Positions 27,546 through 32,000 of a DNA stretch of 32,000 nt are shown here, one piece after another. The DNA is from Isorropodon fossajaponicum endosymbiont JTNG4 (GTDB lineage: Bacteria > Pseudomonadota > Gammaproteobacteria > PS1 > Pseudothioglobaceae). The position numbers and the translations under genes are program-made. The DNA lies in the NCBI RefSeq assembly GCF_016592615.1, contig NZ_AP013043.1:810001-842000 (forward strand), in the 5' to 3' direction. Each line of letters begins with the position of its first letter. The stretch's first letter is position 1. Under the pieces are notes generated by a model. That model was not told the origin of the DNA. It did not search any database and worked only from the letters and a program-made list of their open reading frames with translations.

Positions 27546-27967
27546 ATGGATATAAATTTTCCATACCAAAAGCAATTGAACTATCATTAACTGATGCTTT
27601 ATTAGAGCTAAAAAATACAATAGGTATAGACTTTCTAGCTATAGAAGAAAAAATTCATGGCACTTTTTTTGAAACTTTTGATTCGGGTGAGTCTTTTTCT
27701 GACAATTTTGGAGATGGCTATTCTGAAATACTAGAAAATTGGGGTTTTTTACCTTCAGATTATGATTTAGAAAGTGAGGAAATCGAAAATCTCTTAAATG
27801 ATTTTTTATTAGCCAGTCTTAATCAAATAATAAAAGAAGAAAGGCAAAGTCTCATCAATCAAATGAGAAAAGGTGTAAGCATAGAAAAGGTTGAACGCTA
27901 TGATACATCTTATTTAGAGTCCCAAGCAGAATGGGTAACTGAAAAATTATCTGAATTAACACAATAA
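27546..27967 (+). CDS. orphan acidic protein (about 140 aa), apparently needing a 1-nt frame correction after codon 5
   Basis: A strong RBS and ATG 27546 give MDINF, then an early stop. A 136-codon open frame with no start codon (SIPKAIELSLTDALLELKNTIGIDF...SDYDLESEEIENLL...EWVTEKLSELTQ*) begins at the T4 run 27557-27560. One extra T joins them. No family recognised. Confidence 0.4.
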
Positions 27968-27980
27968 CTATAATATTAAA

Positions 27981-28160
27981 ATGGATTCCATGAATACAAG
28001 TCTAAATCATATGCTCTATCTTTGTGTTGGTAGCAAAAAGAAAAGAACAATTCATATAGTGGGTTGTGAATATAAAAAACACCTTAATGAATACAATTCT
28101 TTCACTTTTAAAAGTGAAAAGGAGGCAATAGAACAAGGCTATCCTCATGCAGGATTATAA
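27981..28160 (+). pseudogene. small Cys-motif ORF truncated by the IS256 fragment
   Basis: 59 aa. ..KRTIHIVGCEYKKHLNEYNSFTFKSEKEAIEQGY resembles small H..C...(F.S..EA...GY..C..C) metal-binding modules. The final Cys pair is replaced at 28139 by IS256-derived sequence. Confidence 0.4.
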
Positions 28161-28445
28161 ACTAATTCACTGCTTGTGACCAATTTCTAATTGGCATCGT
28201 CCATTTCTTACTGGCTGCTTCAATGGCCAAAAAGACAACTTTAAAAGCAGAATCATCGTGATTAAAAATCTTTCTATTCTTGATAGATTTACGAATCACT
28301 GAGTTTAAGGATTCAATGGCATTGGTGGTATAGACTGCCTTTCTAATGGCTTCAGGATAAGCAAATATTGTTGCTACATTATCCCAATGACGTCGCCATG
28401 ATTTGGCAATGCTTGGGAACTGTTTACCCCACTGGTGTTCAAACT
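28139..28445 (-). mobile_element. IS256-family fragment (3' part of transposase gene plus 22 bp), left inverted arm
   Basis: ORF 28162-28449 (..FEHQWGKQFPSIAKSWRRHWDNVATIFAYPEAIRKAVYTTNAIESLNSVIRK..) is identical in translation to the C-terminus of ORF 29598-30050 on the other strand. Confidence 0.85.
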
Positions 28446-28473
28446 GCAATGCTCTAACCTACTTGGACACATT

Positions 28474-29202
28474 TCAAGCCGCTTTTTTCAATTCAGCCAT
28501 CTTTTGAGCAGGTGTTAAATACCCAATCGCTGAATGAATCCTTTTGTAATTATACAAGTAGATATAACCCTCTACATTTTGCACGACTTCACTATGATTT
28601 GCAAAACTTTGATAATTTAATCTCTCAGTCTTCAGACTTCTAAAGAAACGCTCCATGACCGCATTATCCCAACAATTACCTCGCCTGCTCATGCTTTGAG
28701 TAATGTTGTTCTTGTTGCAATAATCAATAAAAACTTTAGAAGAGTATTGAGTCCCTTGATCAGAGTGGAACATGTGTTTATTTGTATTGGGCTGGTGTCT
28801 AGACACAGCATTACTAAGCGCATCCTTTGCCAACTGAGCATTAGGCTGTTTTGACAATGCCCAACCAACAACTTGTCTTGAGCCTAAATCCAACACACTG
28901 GCTAAATAACTCCCACCTTGATAGGTTTTGATATAGGTAATATCACCAACCCAATGCGTATTAATTGATTGCTGCTCAAACACACGATTTAATAGGTTTT
29001 TTGCCTTTTTAAACATCAATCTAGTATTAGGGTAATAATGACGCTTTCTTGGGCGTATGGCAACTACATTGGCTTTTTTCATTAGCGTTGCAGTTTGGTA
29101 AATACCAATGTTATAACCTTGGTTATTCAAAACTACTCGCATTCTGCGTTTGCCATAGGTGTATCCAACTTCAATAGCAGTTTGTTTGATTAATTTAATC
29201 AT
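28474..29202 (-). CDS. IS3-family transposase OrfB portion (copy 3)
   Basis: 242 aa, identical to copies 1 and 2. Confidence 0.85.
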   Translation of the reverse strand: MIKLIKQTAIEVGYTYGKRRMRVVLNNQGYNIGIYQTATLMKKANVVAIRPRKRHYYPNTRLMFKKAKNLLNRVFEQQSINTHWVGDITYIKTYQGGSYLASVLDLGSRQVVGWALSKQPNAQLAKDALSNAVSRHQPNTNKHMFHSDQGTQYSSKVFIDYCNKNNITQSMSRRGNCWDNAVMERFFRSLKTERLNYQSFANHSEVVQNVEGYIYLYNYKRIHSAIGYLTPAQKMAELKKAA

Positions 29203-29327
29203 AGCGTTGGTGTTGTTGTTTACTCGCTTATCTTTGACTTGATAGTAATAACTACTGCGAGGAAGTTTGAGTAATGCTCATAATTCTTTAGTATTGTATT
29301 GTTGGCAAGCCTTGTTTATCTTGATAA

Positions 29328-29640
29328 TCATATCACTTGGTGATTGTCCACAGCGAACAAGGCTGTTGCCTTTTTTAAGATTTCATTGTCCCTTTGTGCG
29401 CGCCAAAGTTGTTTCTCAAGCAGTTGTATTGTTTGTTGTTCAGAAGTCAGCGCTTTGCCTGACTCTGGTGTTTGTCCACCAAGCTCTGCTAGGTATTGTT
29501 TTCTCCATCTGCTAACTGCTGAGGAGCAAGCTCCTGATATTATCATGATTTTTTTTATTGGTGTAATTCTCATGCACCATGAGTTTGGCATAATCTAGTG
29601 TTTCCCCCTCAAGGGGGTATTGAACAGAATGTTCAACGGT
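29328..29640 (-). pseudogene. IS3-family OrfA, 5'-truncated and frameshifted (copy 3)
   Basis: The 87-aa ORF 29328-29591 is identical to the other copies. The RBS and ATG are absent. Confidence 0.7.
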
Positions 29641-30131
29641 GTATTGTGCATATGGTTAGAAACTCCCTTAAATATGTGGGTTACAAAGACAGAAAGCAGG
29701 TTGCCAGTAGTCTTAAACAAATTTACCAGTCCATCAGTGAAGATGAGGCTTTACTCGCATTAAATGAGTTTGAACACCAGTGGGGTAAACAGTTCCCAAG
29801 CATTGCCAAATCATGGCGACGTCATTGGGATAATGTAGCAACAATATTTGCTTATCCTGAAGCCATTAGAAAGGCAGTCTATACCACCAATGCCATTGAA
29901 TCCTTAAACTCAGTGATTCGTAAATCTATCAAGAATAGAAAGATTTTTAATCACGATGATTCTGCTTTTAAAGTTGTCTTTTTGGCCATTGAAGCAGCCA
30001 GTAAGAAATGGACGATGCCAATTAGAAATTGGTCACAAGCAGTGAATTAGTTTATAATCCTGCATGAGGATAGATTAAAGGATTATGTCTGATTTTTAAC
30101 GAGGGCTTTACACAATCTGGTTTACAGGGTC
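29641..30131 (+). mobile_element. IS256-family fragment: last ~137 codons of the transposase gene plus the probable right terminal repeat
   Basis: QRCIVHMVRNSLKYV...YTTNAIESLNSVIRK...KKWTMPIRNW is the C-terminal third of IS256/Mutator-type transposases. CTTTACACAATCTGGTTTACAGGGTC (30106-30131) resembles the TTTACACAAT core I recall for IS256-type ends (from memory, unverified). 29767-30073 is the inverted copy of 28139-28445. Confidence 0.7.
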
Positions 30132-30316
30132 AAGAATCAGTGGAAGTAAATACTGATACCCACCATCTAGATACAATGAAGTCAAAGGTAGAACACCTAA
30201 GATTGAAACAACATTGGCTATATTTTTAAACAAAAAATAAAAAGAATGGAATTTTGGAGAGGGAATTATGAATTACGCAAAGGTCTCACTTAACAATAAC
30301 TGTTAAAAAAAAAATA

Positions 30317-30802
30317 ATGTATAAATTACTACCCATATTACTAATTTCTAGTGTGATTAGTGCTAATTCGTTGAACAACGATCTCTTTGATAATGGCTTT
30401 AAGCACAATGTTTGGCGCGATTTTGAGCAACTGTTCCAACAGTTTAATTATAAAATGAGCCAAATACAAAGCTCTAGTAACTTTGGCACAAAGGGTAGAA
30501 GGTACTTTGATAATCAAACAAACAACTACATTATTCAATTAAAAGTTAATGGGCTTAATAAAGAGAACCTTGATATTTCTACCAACAATGGTCGTATTTT
30601 TATCAAAGGGCGTGTTAAAAAAATTCAAAACACCGCTCACAGTTCAAGCACCTCGTCTGGCAGTTTTTCCCAATCATTTACACTGCCGTATGATGTTGAT
30701 ACTGATAATATCAATGCAAGTTTTAACAATAATATCTTAACTGTCTCTATTCCAAAACTTAAACAGCCAAAACTACAGATACGAAAAATCACTATTCAAT
30801 AG
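30317..30802 (+). CDS. Hsp20/alpha-crystallin family protein with a predicted N-terminal signal peptide
   Basis: 161 aa. The alpha-crystallin domain is YIIQLKVNGLNKENLDISTNNGRIFIKG...FSQSFTLPYDVDTDNINASFNNNILTVSIPK. It is preceded by the usual DLFD..RDFEQLF region and an extra MYKLLPILLISSVISA-NS leader. There is no clear SD. Confidence 0.8.
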   Translation: MYKLLPILLISSVISANSLNNDLFDNGFKHNVWRDFEQLFQQFNYKMSQIQSSSNFGTKGRRYFDNQTNNYIIQLKVNGLNKENLDISTNNGRIFIKGRVKKIQNTAHSSSTSSGSFSQSFTLPYDVDTDNINASFNNNILTVSIPKLKQPKLQIRKITIQ

Positions 30803-31444
30803 TTACTTGCCTTTTTCATCACCCCAAAGTAGTTTATGCAATTGTAATTGCAGTCGTACATTTAGCTGTTGATCCAAAATCCAATCTGCCAATTGCGTTG
30901 GCGTAATATCGCCAAATACGGGTGAGAATAATACGCCTGCAGTGGTGGGATATTGGCTCAAAATAGCCACACTCCAATCAAAATCAGCACGTGACCCGAT
31001 GACAAATTTAAGCTGGTCTTTGGTGGTTAATTTTTTAATATTTGTGTATTTATTTTGTTCAGATTCGCCAGAACTTGGGGTTTTAATATCCATAACTATT
31101 GACACTAAACCATTAACCTCTTGTATGTTAATACTACCACTGGTCTCTAAAGAGACTTGATAATTATTTTTAACCAATTCATCTAACAATAAATAGCAGT
31201 TTTTTTGTGCTAATGGCTCACCACCTGTCACACAAATGTAAAGGGTATCGTATCGCTTGATTTTTTTAATAATTTCATCAACTGCCATTAAGTTATTGCC
31301 CTTAAATGCATATTCAGTATCACAATATGTGCATCTAAGTGGGCAGCCTGTTAAGCGAATAAATACGCTAGGCAAGCCAACTTCACGCGCTTCACCTTGA
31401 AGGGAATAAAATATTTCATTAATGTTTAATTTAGTGTTAATCAT
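30803..31444 (-). CDS. queE: 7-carboxy-7-deazaguanine synthase (radical SAM)
   Basis: Start taken at [23 protein letters not shown] (ATG 31444, overlapping the uvrB stop as ATGATTAA). [10 protein letters not shown] cluster motif. 213 aa. The tracked longer ORF to 31534 overlaps uvrB. Confidence 0.88.
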   Translation of the reverse strand: MINTKLNINEIFYSLQGEAREVGLPSVFIRLTGCPLRCTYCDTEYAFKGNNLMAVDEIIKKIKRYDTLYICVTGGEPLAQKNCYLLLDELVKNNYQVSLETSGSINIQEVNGLVSIVMDIKTPSSGESEQNKYTNIKKLTTKDQLKFVIGSRADFDWSVAILSQYPTTAGVLFSPVFGDITPTQLADWILDQQLNVRLQLQLHKLLWGDEKGK

Positions 31445-32000
31445 AATGCTTTTTAAATTGAGTGTCTTTGAGCTGTTTAATCTGATTACGCACATCTGCT
31501 GCACGCTCAAACGCCAAATCGCTAGCAAAACCATACATTTTCTTTTCTAATATTTTAATTTCTTTTGCTAATTGCACGGGTAAAAGTTGGGTAAACACTT
31601 TCTGAGTACCATCTTCCTCGATCTGGTTACTGGTTAAATCTGTATCAAGGATATTAATAATAGGCTTATCAATGCCTTTAGGAGTGATGTTGTTTTTCAA
31701 ATTATAAGCTTGCTGTTTAATCCGACGTCTTTTGGTTTCATCCATCGCTTTTTGCATCGATTTGGTTATGCGAGCAACGTATAAAATGACGTGTCCATTT
31801 ATATTTCTAGCTGCTCGCCCCATGGTTTGAATTAATGAGCGTTCAGAGCGTAAAAAACCTTCTTTATCCGCATCTAAAATAGCCACCAAAGACACCTCAG
31901 GAATATCCAAACCTTCACGTAATAGATTAATACCAACCAGAACATCAAATATACCTAAGCGCAAATCGCGAATAATTTCCACCCTTTCAACCGTATCAAT
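31437..32000 (-). CDS. uvrB: excinuclease ABC subunit B, C-terminal part (gene continues past the window end)
   Basis: ..[48 protein letters not shown] (helicase motifs V-VI) and a C-terminal UVR domain ([19 protein letters not shown]). The frame is open to position 32000. Confidence 0.93.
   Translation of the reverse strand: MDTVERVEIIRDLRLGIFDVLVGINLLREGLDIPEVSLVAILDADKEGFLRSERSLIQTMGRAARNINGHVILYVARITKSMQKAMDETKRRRIKQQAYNLKNNITPKGIDKPIINILDTDLTSNQIEEDGTQKVFTQLLPVQLAKEIKILEKKMYGFASDLAFERAADVRNQIKQLKDTQFKKHYD

Larger units (their letters stand above)
28445..29640 (-). mobile_element. IS3-family insertion sequence, copy 3, lacking the last 104 bp (right inverted repeat and orfA start)
   Basis: Offset 22865 from copy 1. 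The left inverted repeat is intact. Homology stops after ..GTTCAACGGT at 29640. I noticed one difference, at 29603 (C to T). Confidence 0.9.

Noticed and set aside
29598-30050. 150-aa ORF that looks like an intact small transposase gene.
   Set aside because: Its first ~14 codons are antisense IS3 sequence read from a GTG. The rest is only the C-terminal third of an IS256-type transposase, so it is a junction chimera and not a functional gene.
1-32000. tRNA, rRNA, CRISPR arrays, riboswitches (lysine upstream of dapA, preQ1 upstream of queE, TPP near dxs).
   Set aside because: I noticed no T-arm/GTTCGAATC-like tRNA signatures and no regularly spaced direct repeats. The relevant upstream regions are either overlapped by coding sequence or too short (dapA leader about 110 nt, dominated by a terminator).

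Overview
AT-rich gammaproteobacterial chromosome segment. Gene content and order recall SUP05-type sulfur-oxidiser or symbiont genomes, but that is inference only, with no search run. All family calls come from motif recognition in the translated ORFs. Housekeeping backbone: yebC (partial)-purL; hisI-hisE-tatA-tatB-tatC; a minus-strand nitrogen block (leader-glnK-amtB-porin, then a CBS-pair protein and a NasT-like ANTAR regulator); dapA-bamC-NAD ligase; grxD; a small methyltransferase; trhP/yegQ; dxs; DUF2062; hsp20; queE-uvrB (partial). Mobile DNA and gene decay are scattered through this backbone. There are three near-identical IS3-family copies (5580-6879, 20594-21870, 28445-29640). The third is nested between 307-bp inverted IS256 fragments. 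There is also an older IS3-family remnant and a RAYT pseudogene. Several genes are broken: a second amtB, a YgjP-like hydrolase, a small hypothetical gene, an NTase-HEPN gene and a surface-protein remnant. I saw no rRNA, tRNA or CRISPR array, and no intact multi-gene defence-type system. The best candidate for something new is regulatory. The glnK-amtB leader carries two tandem intrinsic terminators. Small A1/G4 hexaloop hairpins overlap their 5' arms, which is the ANTAR antiterminator architecture. Just downstream, a pseudo-receiver ANTAR protein is translationally coupled to a CBS-pair protein rather than to a NasS/AmiC-type sensor. Smaller items include a signal-peptide-bearing Hsp20, a duplicated BamC lipobox, and IS copies that are identical yet all apparently defective.
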